Source: Octopus sinensis (taxonomy: Eukaryota). Taken from it: a stretch of 64,000 nt of DNA. How positions within the stretch are numbered: position 1 is the stretch's first letter; each line of letters starts with the position of its first letter. The notes under the pieces are model-generated. The model was given only the letters and a program-made list of their open reading frames with translations, made no database searches and had not been told where the DNA came from. Both the position numbers and the translations under genes were made by a program. The DNA is taken from assembly GCF_006345805.1 (NCBI RefSeq), contig NW_021833120.1, forward strand, positions 1 through 64,000, read 5' to 3'. Shown piece after piece: positions 28,427-41,770 of the stretch.

Positions 28427-28953
28427 GATACTATTGTTTTGGTTATTGTTGTTTATATTGCGGTGTTATTTATATTCTATTTATTTTCTCTCTAACAGAG
28501 AAAAGGAAGGTTTCATTACTGCATTTTGCTAAATTACATTTATGTTTACACACTTAAATGAACGAGTGTTTGAGTGCGTTTATATATATATATATATATG
28601 AGTTTGAGTGTGTGTTGCGTTGTGTGTGTGTGCGTGTGTGCATGTATATGTGGTGCATAGTGTACACAAGTATTTATATACATACAGTGTATATGTATAC
28701 ATATACATATGTGGACTTATATATACATTCATACATACATATATACACACATATATATATATATAATATATATATATATATATGTATGTATATATATATA
28801 TACATATACATGCATATATATATATATACATATACATATATATATATATATGTATTCATATATGTATATATGTATGCATATATATATATATATATATACA
28901 TGTATATATATATATATACGTATATTTATATATACGTATATGTACGTGTATAT

Positions 28954-28989
<36 letters not shown>

Positions 28990-29592
28990 AATATACATAT
29001 ATAAACATATATATTTATAAGTAGAAATATATTTATGTAGATATATATATATATGAATGTTTGTATGTATATATACACATATGTATGTTTATATATGTAT
29101 ATACATATATATATATATATAATATATATATATATATATTATGTGTGTGTGTTGTGTGTGTGTGTGTGTGTGTGCGTTCGTGTGTGTGTGTGTGTGTGTG
29201 TGTGTATCACCGGGCATGTATTATGTTGGAGCAACATGTTCTGGCAGCAAGTGATAGCTATTATTCTCCAAGAGCTTGAGGTCTTGGCTGACATTTTTGA
29301 CTTTAGCACTAATTTTACAAATGGCAACAGGACGCTGGTATTTCGCAATGGTTAGCATCACAAACATTCGTCTCAAACCAGTCATCTTTACCTCCTTACT
29401 GCATGTCAACGTATCAAACAAAATATTCATATACACAATTCTGTGTATATATTAACGGATGAATGCAACGATTTATCTTTCTTTCTATTTATCAATACGT
29501 ATATGTATGTATCTATGTCTCTTACTATCTCTCTCTCTCTCGCTTTCTCCCTCCCGTCTCTCTCGCTTTTTCCCTCCCCCCCTCTCTCTCTG

Positions 29593-29629
<37 letters not shown>

Positions 29630-29745
29630 GTTTAGAAATACATGCATACTTGTTTATAAATATAGGCAGAGGCGTGGCTGTGTGTTAAGAAACTTGGTTC
29701 CCACCCACAGGGTTATTATTATTATTATTATGAATATTTTTAGAA

Positions 29746-29932
29746 GGCGGTGAGCTGGCAGACTCGTTAGCACGCATTTAGTACCCCTCTGCTTTCTGAG
29801 TTCAAATTCCACCGAGGTCGACTTTGCTTTTCATCCTATCGGGGTCAATAGATTAAGTACCAGTGAAACACTGGGGTGGATGTAATCGACTAGTCTCCTC
29901 CCCCAGTATTTCAGTACCCTTAGTAGAAAGGA
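29746..29932 (+). mobile_element. SINE family B
   Basis: GGCGGTGAGCTGGCAGA..GAGTTCAAATTCCACCGAGGTCGACTTTGC. Confidence 0.85.
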
Positions 29933-30078
29933 TTTAAGGAATGGATTAGATAACATCCGGGCTACATATGTTTTATAGCGAGTGAAACCTCAGAAGAGAT
30001 AAATATCCCTGAATGTGGTTTCTTATATTTACTAGGGATTGCTTGAAGCTAACTTTCTTCCACACCTTGACCCTGGAT

Positions 30079-30124
<46 letters not shown>

Positions 30125-30164
30125 TATATATATATATTATATATATATTTATATTTCTCTCTAG

Positions 30165-30330
30165 TGTGTGCCACTGGTGAAGCATGGAGTTTGATATAGC
30201 TACCCTCATTTGCACCTCTTGCCGTGATGTAGGTTCATCTGGGATTCTCGACAGGAAGAGGTCCAGCTTTGATTTAAAAACCCCTACATCTACTTTGTGC
30301 AAGTTCCTCAGTCTCTTTGGGAGAATATTC
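30165..30330 (-). mobile_element. 3' end fragment of CR1/L2-type LINE ORF2
   Basis: NILPKRLRNLHKVDVGVFKSKLDLFLSRIPDEP matches the typical C-terminal motif FNxLPxxIR...FKxxLDxFL..IPDEP. Confidence 0.75.
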
Positions 30331-30359
30331 ATACATACATACATACATACATACATACA

Positions 30360-30394
<35 letters not shown>

Positions 30395-30429
30395 GTATAT
30401 ATATATATACGCATACACACACACATGTA

Positions 30430-31235
30430 ATGTATTGGTTCGTGGTATCAGAGAGAGCACTCCATCCGGTGAGAGTCAAATATTTCTATTTAGGGACATA
30501 ATACATACCTTCGGGTCCAACTAATAGTTTCAGGTGTCTGAAAATCCAAACACGTTCTTTCATTCGCAGACCACGCTTCGTGTTGAACTGAGAACTGGCG
30601 TGGGACGTGAGAATACTCGTAAAAATAAAAACGTGAAAAAATGGTAGCATATAGAAAATCCTAACTTCTAACCGGAAAACGAAAACAGTAGACTTGACGT
30701 AAATGTAAATAATGTATGAAATTAAATGTAAATTGTGTACGGAGAATAAAAATGTATGTGAAAAGTAAATGCATAAAATATGAAGTAAAAATGGAGAGGT
30801 ATAAATGTAAGAAATGTCGGGAATGTAAAAATTTATAAAAATTATAAATGATAAAAAATAAACCGAAAGAAATACTAAAATAAAGAGAAAAACTATAACA
30901 GTAAGCAATCTAATTTCCTTTGTCTTTAAATAATAAGATCGGGCTTGGGGTATCAAATCAAAGGGTGGGATCGTCCAGTTCTTTAAAGTATACTTTTGTA
31001 TGCGTCTGCAACCACTGAACATTTCAGACTTTGACTTCAATATTGAGTTGGGGATTTTTGATCTGAACAGTATCTGTGCCCTGTCAGCTAAGCAATGCCT
31101 ATATTTCTTTGATCCATTCTCATAAGGCCTGGATTTTTTCGATTATTTTCCATTTAATCGTATATGGCGTTTCATTCTCTTTCAAAGCCTACACATGGCT
31201 GGCTAACTTTCTGACCTTTTCCCCATAATTCTGCG
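30430..31235 (-). mobile_element. Penelope-like element remnant (GIY-YIG C-terminus plus 3' non-coding region)
   Basis: Frameshifted LASHV*ALKENETPYTIKWKII..RPYENGSKKYRHCLADRAQIL..KSEMFSGCRRIQKY, matching the PLE pattern LSxYIWxLK..IxWxI..CxLCLxEK..RSEL..CRH. Confidence 0.8.
30514..30572 (-). ncRNA. Degenerate type-I hammerhead motif in PLE 3' region
   Basis: Minus strand GGTCT-GCGAATGA-[GTGTTTGG/TCAGACAC stem II]-GAAA-CTATTAG-TT-GGACC; CUGANGA core is mutated. Confidence 0.45.
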
Positions 31236-31556
31236 ATTGTCCCGGTTGCGTTGTGTTGCCTTGATGGAAACTATGAAATTCTGGGTTTTCTGTTCGTTTT
31301 CTAGTTTAATTGGTACCTTCAAGCCTTGTCTCGACCTTAAACAACAACCTTCTTTACAGTTATATCTCACAATGCTTCACCAAAACTACTTTATATACAT
31401 ATATATACTAAGTTGGAAAGTTGAACTAAGAACTTTTATGCCGCTTGTCTCTTTCTTCTCTCTTTCCATCACGTTATTCTTTTACTCCCTTCCTCTATGT
31501 TATCATTTTATTGATATATACCATTCTCATTTTCCATATCCCCCCACCCCCAGTTT

Positions 31557-31612
31557 GTCTCTGATGACGGAATATTCCATACTCGAGGATATCTCAGAAA
31601 CAGCTGTAAGGC
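31557..31612 (+). ncRNA. Type-I hammerhead ribozyme motif
   Basis: GTCT-CTGATGA-(imperfect stem II)-GAAA-CAGCTG-TA-AGGC; palindromic stem III, GUA triplet. Confidence 0.7.
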
Positions 31613-31638
31613 TATGAATTTCTTCCTGTAATAATAAC

Positions 31639-31702
<64 letters not shown>

Positions 31703-32024
31703 GTAATAATAATTATTATTATATATATATATATATATAAAATGAGATAGGGGTTGTAAATTAAACCCTCCATGGGATAACATATATCCAATATACTGCT
31801 AGAGAAGTACCCAACAAAGCTAAAACATAAATGTTAAAAATTGCGATTCAATTAATTCATCTACTGTATTATGTGGGCAAAGGTAAAATTATTTTTACCG
31901 TAACTTAATAATACAAAATGAGAAAATGGAGAAATATATCTAAATCAATCATCAACTATCAGATAATACCCAATCAATACTTTATTAAACCACTACACAA
32001 TAGCAATGGTATTATACCATTGCT

Positions 32025-32055
<31 letters not shown>

Positions 32056-32058
32056 ACC

Positions 32059-32236
32059 AGGCGCAGGAGTGGCTGTGTGGTAAGTAGCTTGTTTACCAAC
32101 CACATGGTTCCGGGTTCAGTCCCACTGCGTGGCACCTTGGGCAAGTGTCTTCTACTATAGCCTCGGGCCGACCAAAGCCTTGTGAGTGGATTTGGTAGAC
32201 GGAAACTGAAAAGAAGCCCGTCGTATATATGTATAT
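32059..32236 (+). mobile_element. SINE family A 5' half, young copy
   Basis: GGCGCAGGAGTGGCTGTGTGGTAAG..GGTTCCGGGTTCAGTCCC..GAAGCCCGTCG. Confidence 0.9.
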
Positions 32237-32498
32237 AATGAAAATATCTGTTCCGACTTGGCTATTTCTTACTGATGATTCTAAGGGCCTATGGAAGATT
32301 GGCTTGATTTAATTTAATCAGGTTAGTTTACCATTAAACAGTAGATGAAACGGTGCATCGTATAAGAAATCACAGGGTAAATGTTTTTTAATTTTTTAAT
32401 TTTCTCCTGGTTTACGGAATTGATGTTATTTTGCGGTTGAAGCTTTGGCTGTTATTTCTAGTGGGTGAATGGCCTATTATGGCCGTTCCTTGATTGTG

Positions 32499-32548
<50 letters not shown>

Positions 32549-33921
32549 ACATATATATATATATGTGTATATATATAGAGAGAGCGAGAGGGCGAGAGAG
32601 AGAAGGCGAGAGAGAGAAAGATAGAGCTATTCGTTTAAAACATTTATCCTATTTACATGTCTTTCACTTGTGTATACTATTTGGTCATGAGGTAATGGTT
32701 ACACACACGACTATATAATCACATTATACCTCCAGATCATCAGAAAAAAATGTAATATATTCCTCCCAATATATATATATATACGTACACATGTATATGC
32801 ATATGCATATATAAATATGCATGCATATATGTACAAATATATATATGCATGCGAATATATAAATATATATTTGTGTGTGTGTGCATATATATATATATAC
32901 ATATATGTGTGTGTGTATGTGTGTGTGTTATATATATATATATATATATATCTTTCTGTATCTTTGTAATATAAAAGCATATAAGCATACATGTATGTAT
33001 TTGAACATGTTTGTATATTAAAGCGTGCGAGAGTATATATGAATTTACATGTATAAGTAACCATATACACATACATACAGAGACAGTCATACAATCAGAC
33101 ACACCCCTCCATACCTATATTAGCGTACACCTATATGCATGCGAGTGTATATATATATGTATCCGGGTACTTAAAATCTAATGATTTCTTTTTACTTACC
33201 TCATTAAAAAAGATGAATGCTAGGTTAGCAAAAGCAGTGATACCCGGTTTACTGTACAAGATACACGCACACGCATATACACATGCATAAATGTGTGTGT
33301 GTGTGTGTACTTTCATGCACACATATATATATATATACATATATTTATATAAATATATACATATGTGGATAAACGCACACACATACATATAAAGATGTAT
33401 GTATATATGTACATATATACAAATTTATGCATGTTTAGGTATATACACCCGCATATGTACATCCCTTTGTGAAGGTTCATACGGTTAAGGCGGATGGGGT
33501 GGGGTGGCTGTTTAAGGTCACCGTACAAGGGTGTAGCAGTGTTCTTTTTGTTTTCTTATATATTTATATATTTATTCATTTATTTATTTATTTAATGGTT
33601 GTATCTAGAGATCTGAGATTGGGAGCAGTGAAGTGGAGAGTAAGGATGGAGAGGGCGGTAGTGACGAGAGAGAAAGAGAGAGAGAGAGTGCGAGGGGGAT
33701 GAGAGAGAGAGAGAGAAAGTGAGTGGAGGACACGGTTGGATGGTCCCAGTGATATTAATGATTAATTGATAGATTGAATGACACCCTGCTCTGTTTCCCC
33801 CTCTCTATATAAATTCTATATAGATACGTTTGTATGTGTCAGTGTATGTGTGTGTGTGTGTATGTGTGCGCATGTATACACACACACACACATACACAAA
33901 CACACATATATATATATGTAT

Positions 33922-33952
<31 letters not shown>

Positions 33953-34269
33953 ATAGGTATATATAATATGTATGTTATAACTGTATATATTATACTTTAT
34001 ATATACATATACAAACATACATGCACATATACTACATACACACACACAATCACACATATACATGCATACGGGTGGCGCATATATAGATATGGTTTTATCG
34101 GTGTATCACTGGTGTCTCTCTTATTCAACCAGTTAGTTCTTATAACCTATATACTTGGCAAAACTTAGAAGTCCCTGTCAATGTAATTTCTATACGTCTT
34201 GGGACAGTGGACTCGTATTGAGTTCTTTACTGATCTGAAATGTCGCTCCTTTTATGTGGCCCAATACAC

Positions 34270-35080
34270 TCACGTGACTGTATGGTAAGTAGGCCGCTTG
34301 CTGATCACATGGTTCCAGGTTCAGTCCCACTACGTGGAATCTTGGTCGAGTTTCTACTATAGCCTCGAGCAAAACAAACACTTGTATGAGTATTCACTAG
34401 AAAGAAACTGAAAGAAGCCCGTGGTATATATATATACATATGTAAATATATTCGGGTGTATCCGTGTTTGTATCTTCCACGACTTGACAATCGGCGTTGG
34501 TGTGTTTACGTCCCCCGTAAATTAAGCATTTCGGCAAAAGTGAGAGGATAGAAAAGAAACAAGATCTTGAAAGAAATAAATACTGAGATCGATTTCTTGG
34601 ACTAAATCCTTCAAGGCGACGCTCCAGCATGGCCGCAGTTCAATCATTGGATCAAGTAAAAGATAAGGGATAATATAAATAGATTAGTGAGAAATTGCGC
34701 TAAAACTGAGTAAAGATCTGGAAACCATGATTTGTAAGTAAGAGGTTTCGGGTTCAGTCCCTGCACCGAACAAACTTTGTGAGCACATTTGGGAGACAGA
34801 TAATGTGCAGAAGCCCGGTGCATGCATACGAGGAAGCCTGCCATATACATTCATTCAGACACACACACACACACAAACGCACATGTGTGTGTCTGTGTGT
34901 ATCCCTCTCCAGCTTTTGGCAACCGTTGTTAGTTTCTCTGCCTTCATGTGACTTAGCGGTTCAGCAAAGGGACACAGTGTAATAAGTACCAGACCGAGGT
35001 CTAGTTGTCCGACTACGCCCTCCAAAGCGTTGCTCCAGCATGGTCACAATCCAGTCGCTGAAACGAACAAGAGATAAAAG
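34270..35080 (+). mobile_element. Two tandem SINE family A copies
   Basis: Two GGTTCAGTCCC heads (~34318, ~34751) and two CTCCAGCATGG.C.CA tails. Confidence 0.8.
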
Positions 35081-35249
35081 ATTGATATAAAGACAGTTAA
35101 TACGAAGAGAAATTGGAAAATAACATTAAACCGTACACACAACACACACAAACACATGCACACTCACGCACACATGCGGATGCACATACAGACATACGCA
35201 CACGCTGACACACACGGGCACGCGCGGAGACACAAATAGACACATGCAT

Positions 35250-35410
35250 AGCCGAAATTGCGAGGATGATCCGGTTCTTGACTGAGGATAAAAAGGCTTC
35301 GAATGACCCGTCCTTGATATTTTATTTTGTATCGTCTATTTGGATGTTTTTGTCCCTTTTTGTATCACCTAATTGTTCGCATGTTTTGCGTTCTTGTCCC
35401 ATTTTGTATT
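35250..35410. mobile_element. Unclassified short interspersed repeat family C
   Basis: Reverse-complement match to 51085-51315 and 47345-47540 (CATTCG..TCAGTCAAG..ATTTCGG). Confidence 0.7.
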
Positions 35411-35431
35411 TTACTTTATATATATATATAT

Positions 35432-35556
35432 AGCGACGTACGTACACTTTGTTCTCTTATATATATAATAGATATATATATATATAGTATATATATATAT
35501 ATATATATAAGCGACGTACGTACACTTTGTTCTCTTATATATATATATATATTAAT

Positions 35557-35631
<75 letters not shown>

Positions 35632-35664
35632 CGACGTACGTACACTTTGTTCTCTTATATATAT

Positions 35665-35696
<32 letters not shown>

Positions 35697-35750
35697 CTAT
35701 ATATATATATATATATATATATAAGCGACGTACGTACACTTTGTTCTCTT
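35432..35750 (+). repeat. Four identical 27-bp units AGCGACGTACGTACACTTTGTTCTCTT separated by (TA)n
   Basis: Units start at 35432, 35510, 35630, 35724. Confidence 0.9.
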
Positions 35751-36287
35751 ATATATATATATATATATACACTTATACTTGCACATGCAGACACGCACAC
35801 ATACAAATATTTACACACACACACATATGCATATATACACACTCACACGATCATACATGCATTCCTGACGCATGTTTTTGGTAGTACAAGCCATGTACTC
35901 ATAAAAAAATATTTGGTCACGTGATGCCTTCGTCAGCACAACTATCGGCATACACACACACACACACACACGCACACACGCAAATGTATTCACGCATACA
36001 CATACATCGTACGCGCACGCTACGCATCCCCCCCACACACACACACACAGACGCGCACAGGCACAAATATGTATGGAAAGCCAGAAACAGCAATCCAGGT
36101 AAAATAACGACCGTGTTGAGGAGATGCTGACAGTCAGTCATGCAGACAGACAGACAGAAGCATGGCTTGGTTAATCGTAACATTCACAGGTATTCAGAAC
36201 GACAGATTTATACATACACACATACGCACACACATTGAAAAACACACAGAGAAATAGATACATAGATACATAAATATGCGTGCGTTT

Positions 36288-36660
<373 letters not shown>

Positions 36661-36677
36661 ACTATACACATACATAC

Positions 36678-36716
<39 letters not shown>

Positions 36717-38574
36717 ATATATATATGCATACACATCGATAGATAGATAAATAGATAAATAGAGGGAGAGAGAGAGAGGGAGAGAGAGAGAGAGGCCAAT
36801 CGACTGACAAGCAGACAGACAGACAGAATGAGACATAGCTTAAAGACAACAAAACCAAAAGAAGCAAAAAAAAAAATTACAAACGAACAGGAGAAAAATC
36901 ATACAAAAAAGTAAAAAGAAAGAAAAAAGAGAAAAAGAGAAAAAAGATGGATTTTTGTTGTTGCTTACATTTTTAGATGACAAAAACGAAAACAAAAAAT
37001 AAAGGAGAAACTAAAAATAAAACTGAAAGACAGACAGGCGAAAAGAATTCGGTCCTCATCTGCTCCATCAGGCAGTAAACGAACACACAATAGGGTATCT
37101 ACCCCGCCCAATTAGCGGAAAATCGTCTCACCAGGGCTAGCAATGTCTATGAGCATATTAGAAGAAGACGATGGCTGACGAACGAAGAACGAGAGCGGCG
37201 CCAAGGAGGGCGGGACATAGTTTGTTGGTCAAGCGGGTGGTCATAAGAAGCCGGACAGCTCAACAATACCCGGTTTCATTTGCGATTGTTCCTAACCTGA
37301 GCCGGGTAGAAAGCTCTCCAGACCAGTTCGGCGCCATAGCCCCCGATTGAAATAAAATAAATAATAAAGAAATATATAGAAAAAAAAAGCTGAAACAAAA
37401 AACAAACAAAACGTATATAAGGATGTTAGGCAATTCGACCCCTGCCACACCGATCCTATGTAACAAGGTTGTCTTAGTGCAAAATTGGTTAGGCCGACCG
37501 TCGATCTCTTTGTATATGCGCAGTTATGTGTGTATGAGTGTGTGTGTGTGTATAAGTGTGAGTGTGTGCGCGTATGTGTGTATTTGTGTGTTTGTGAGTT
37601 TGGAGACAAACAAGATAAAAAGCTATTCAATACATACACGTAGTACACTTTATTCATTTATTCAAAGCGCACACACACACACACGGATACACACACACAT
37701 ACAGATGCATACTAACGTGTATATGTGTGTGTGTACATATGTACATATATATGTATATATATACGTATGTATATATATATATCTTTACGCGCACACTTAA
37801 AGTATAAGTATATGTGGTGGCTATATACGTATATGTGTATATATAAACATAAGCACACACACACATCACACACATCACACCTATCTATTTATCACATTCT
37901 GTCTGTCTATCTATCTATCCGTCTATATATATATCTACACACACATATATGTATATATATATATATATATATATAACGAAAGAGAGAAAGAGAGAGAGAG
38001 AAAGGGAAAGTGAGAGAGAGAGAGAGAGAGATAAAGGAAAATTGAATGGTGTGTAAGGATGCATTCACTACTCACCGTCTCTCTACAGATAAACTTACGC
38101 ATACATGAATACATGTGTGTGTGTTGTATATTTTTGTATATACACCCCGAGGTCTTCTCGTATTAAGTCGGCCGTTGATCAAAGGCATTCTAGTCTTTTT
38201 ATCAGGTAAAGAGTATCTAGGATTACATTACCTCTGTGTTTTCATTTTTTATGACGACTGTGACACGACGGAGATTTCGTTGCTGTTTCTTGCATCTCAT
38301 TTAACCACATAGGGACTTTTTCCTTAGTTCTTACATCTGATTTGTATTCATACACACACAGCGTATTTCCTCTATCAATCATATCTTGTTATTTCCTCCC
38401 TCAGCCGCTATTTCGTGCCCGGTAGATGCTCTCCCCTTTTTTATTTTCTTTACTGAAGGTTCAAAGTAATTATTTAGCATTTAATGTAATATCTAGGGCG
38501 GATGTTTGATTCTAGGTGAAATATATCTTCCTGTATTGAATTTATAAATAGATATTTTTCTTCTATCACCTCCG

Positions 38575-38813
38575 TTAACCCTTCAGCTTTTGTAACTGCC
38601 TCATCCAGACCATGTGTTCTGACTGTGCTATGTTCAAACCAGCCAGATCCAGTTTCACACACCTACACTACAATGTTATTCTATAAAAACAAACAATAAA
38701 CAATTACATTATCGAAACGTCAAAGCTACGAGATAACAATGCATGATTAATTCAAATGAATGTGAATGAATAAGCATTACATTTGAATGAGTATCCTAAA
38801 TGCTAAAGGTTTA
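38575..38813 (-). mobile_element. piggyBac-like MITE
   Basis: TTAACCCTTCAGC...ATGCTAAAGGTTTA termini; reverse homolog at 44806-45020. Confidence 0.7.
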
Positions 38814-38944
38814 TCTTTAATCTAAAGCATAGATAGTTAAAGCTACATAATGCATATAGTGTTGTTTTCCATTTAACTTTGATGGCTGTTTCGGTATATT
38901 TATATCTCATCAGTGCAGCTTACGGACAATTATATTTATATTTT

Positions 38945-39145
38945 TATCTTTCATTTGTTCCTGACATTAGACTGCGACCATGCTGGGGCGCCACCTTCAA
39001 ACACTTTTAGTAGAATAAATCAACCGCATTATCTATTCTTTTAAAACATGGTCCTAATTTTATCGATCACTTGCCGAATCGCTAGGTTATAGAGAAATAG
39101 ACTCTCCAACACTCGTGAGTGTTGGACAAAAGCACATATACAAGT

Positions 39146-39197
<52 letters not shown>

Positions 39198-39269
39198 GCA
39201 CACAGACATAATTATATGCACGACAAATGTCTTTCAGTAACCATATACCAAATCTATTCATAACGCTTG
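38945..39269 (-). mobile_element. SINE family A (reverse), truncated at the inversion breakpoint
   Basis: GACTGCGACCATGCTGGGGCGCCACC..TTGCCGAATCGCTAGGTTA..TACCAAATC. Confidence 0.7.
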
Positions 39270-39840
39270 TGTCACCACCAAAGAAATCATTGATCATGTT
39301 CCCAACATACTGATGGAAGACTGGTGATGGACAATATATCAGATAGTCAATGCTATTAGCATGCCCCATGAGAAAGTTAAGAATATTTTGAACAATGAGT
39401 TTGGCATGATGAAGGCTACTGCTCGGTGGGTGCCACGTTTTCTACCACCTAATCAAAGGCGCACCAGGCTGATCACATTGCCGGAAAGTGTGACAGATTT
39501 TTGAGGCAGATCCGGCTGCGTTAGGAAATTTTGAAGGACCTTGCTGACCATAGCTGACCTGACTTCATCGTGAAATTAAATCATCTTGAAATTAAACACA
39601 AGGACTGATTGTATTATCACTGATAGAATATAGTGTCGCAGAGGCATATTCCAAGGGAACAGTTTGTCTCTGTGATGTTGTTTATACTTTATGTAAATCC
39701 CTTGTCATTCATGTTAAGGAAGTCTGAAGGATATCTCACTGGTTCACAAGGAAATAGAAATACCAAAATTACAAACTGATTCGTCAAACTATATAAAAAG
39801 AATATGCACGATATGAAAAAGAACCTTGACCTGGTTACAA
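39270..39840 (+). repeat. Inverted duplicate of 40933-41515 (mariner plus LINE junction)
   Basis: Near-identical reverse complement with a few substitutions and a 12-bp deletion. Confidence 0.95.
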
Positions 39841-39852
39841 ACCTGGTTACAA

Positions 39853-41265
39853 GGTTTTCACAGGGTCATTCCACCAGTACTTATTTTTATTATGAGTGGC
39901 TATGGCTTCCACCATACCGTAGGTTCTATTTTCTTTCTCCTCGGGGTTATCCTTTCGACGGATCTCGTTATACAGTGTCCTAGCTACAATATCATGTCTC
40001 ATTGGTAGATAATACCGTGATGACGCTTTTGCATCGATTGTCAAATTTTACTGCTTTTCATGCATCTCTTTTGTTGCATCAGGTATTTGGTTGATGTTTC
40101 CTGTTCCTGGATAGCAAACGCGCATCCTTCAAAGATGAAGCTAATAATCCGGTTTTGGTCAATAATAGAATGCTTTGATGATCAATGTTACTGGCATCTC
40201 GTAGCTTCTGCTAACATATCCATGCATAAGTCTTTTGCTCATATATGCTGATCCTTTCATCTGAGGATATGTTGCGGTAGAGTGCAACTTCTTTGGGTAT
40301 GTATTTAAAACTGCCAGAAAACGAATGCTGCTCAAGGAGCTGTCTTCCAGGTCTTATGATGCCATTAGCCTCATGTACGCAAACTTGGTCAAAGGATGCA
40401 TGCACTTCGGCACTTGGTGGTTAAATGATGTTGCCTAAGAGATGTGATACGACATTCAAAGGCATTTTGGATCGATGTTAAGCCTCTGCTGCCTTGCTTT
40501 CGTTTTACGTAAAGCCGGTCTACGTCACTGTTGATGTGGAAATTATGTGTGCTTGTTAGTATCTTCCAGATTTTTACATCAATTACTCAAATCTCATCAA
40601 GCGTCCAATCAAGCAGCCGAAATGTTGGTATGAGTACTGGCACTGCAAACACATTGTGGGCCACTGTTTTATTGAATGCAGAGAGTTTCGAAGTCCAAAT
40701 TATTTTTATTCTGCTTTAATATTCTTTAGTGAACGTATTTTGTTACAGGTGCCATTGTAAGATATATTTTCATCCACCCCTAGATACCTGTAACATTCCT
40801 CATCAGATACAGGAGAAACAGTTCAGTCATTGATGGAGATGCTGTTAGTCTGGTTTACAGTTCTTCCTCTTTTCACAACCATATAACAACATTTATCCTG
40901 ACCAAACTCCAACCCTAAATCCTTTGAGAATATTGTAACCAGGTCAAGGTTCTTTTTCATATCGTGCATATTCTTTTTATATAGTTTCAAGTCATCTACG
41001 ACGAATCAGTTTGTAATTTTAGTATTTCTATTTCCATGTGAACCTGTGAGATATCCTTCAGACTTCCTTAACATGAATGACAAGGGATTTACATAAAGTA
41101 TAAACAACATCACAGAGACAAACTGTTCCCTTGGAATATGCCTCTGCGACACTATATTCTATCAGTGATAATACAATCAGTCCTTGTGTTTAATTTCAAG
41201 ATGATTTAATTTCACGATGAAGTCAGGTCAGCTATGGTCAGCAAGGTCCTTCAAAATTTCCTAAC
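39853..41265 (-). mobile_element. Degenerate RLE-type non-LTR retrotransposon (R4/Dong-like), RT and C-terminal region
   Basis: RGIFQGNSLS, FVDDLKLY, YRYLGV, AVPVLIPTF, DVDRLYVKRKQGSRGL, AIQEQE, YLPMRHDIVARTLY..WWNDPVKT. Confidence 0.85.
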
Positions 41266-41770
41266 GCAGCCGGATCTGCCTCAAAAATCTGTCACACTTT
41301 CCGGCAATGTGATCAGCCTGGTGCGCCTTTGATTAGGTGGTAGAAAACGTGGCACCCACCGAGCAGTAGCCTTCATCATGCCAAACTCATTGTTCAAAAT
41401 ATTCTTAACTTTCTCATGGGGCATGCTAATAGCATTGACTATCTGATATATTGTCCATCGCCAGTCTTCCATCAGTATGTGGGGAACATGATCAATGATT
41501 TCTTTGGTGGTGACAGTTGCGGGACTTTGGGTCATCTTCAAGACTCTTCCTACCCCTCCTAAATTCAGCTGCCGAATTTTGCACAGTTGATAAAATTGGA
41601 GCATAACCCCCTAATATAAGAACGGCGTCAGTGTTGTCGGGGGCTAAACCGTTTTTCTGAAGCTACTTCATAACGTTTTGTCGATTTTTAAGAGAAGTCG
41701 CCACTAATTACATCTGAAGTTTTCTTGAACAGCCAGATTTCAGTTTACCTGGGAAGAACCAATAAAGTTA
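41266..41770 (-). mobile_element. mariner transposase 5' fragment
   Basis: PATVTTKEIIDHV..EDWRWTIYQIVNAIS..NILNNEFGMMKATARWVPRFL (WVPxxL motif). Confidence 0.9.

Noticed and set aside
29305-29396. Minus-strand GGKDDWFETNVCDANHCEIPASCCHL resembling a tetraspanin loop (DW...PxSCC)
   Set aside because: Bounded by in-frame stops, splice sites are weak, and no CCG or transmembrane exons were found.
35250-35310. CTGAGGA/CTGAAGA in repeat family C as a hammerhead
   Set aside because: No GAAA and stem III in a workable geometry.
35432-35750. CRISPR array
   Set aside because: Spacers are pure (TA)n, there are no cas genes, and the context is eukaryotic.
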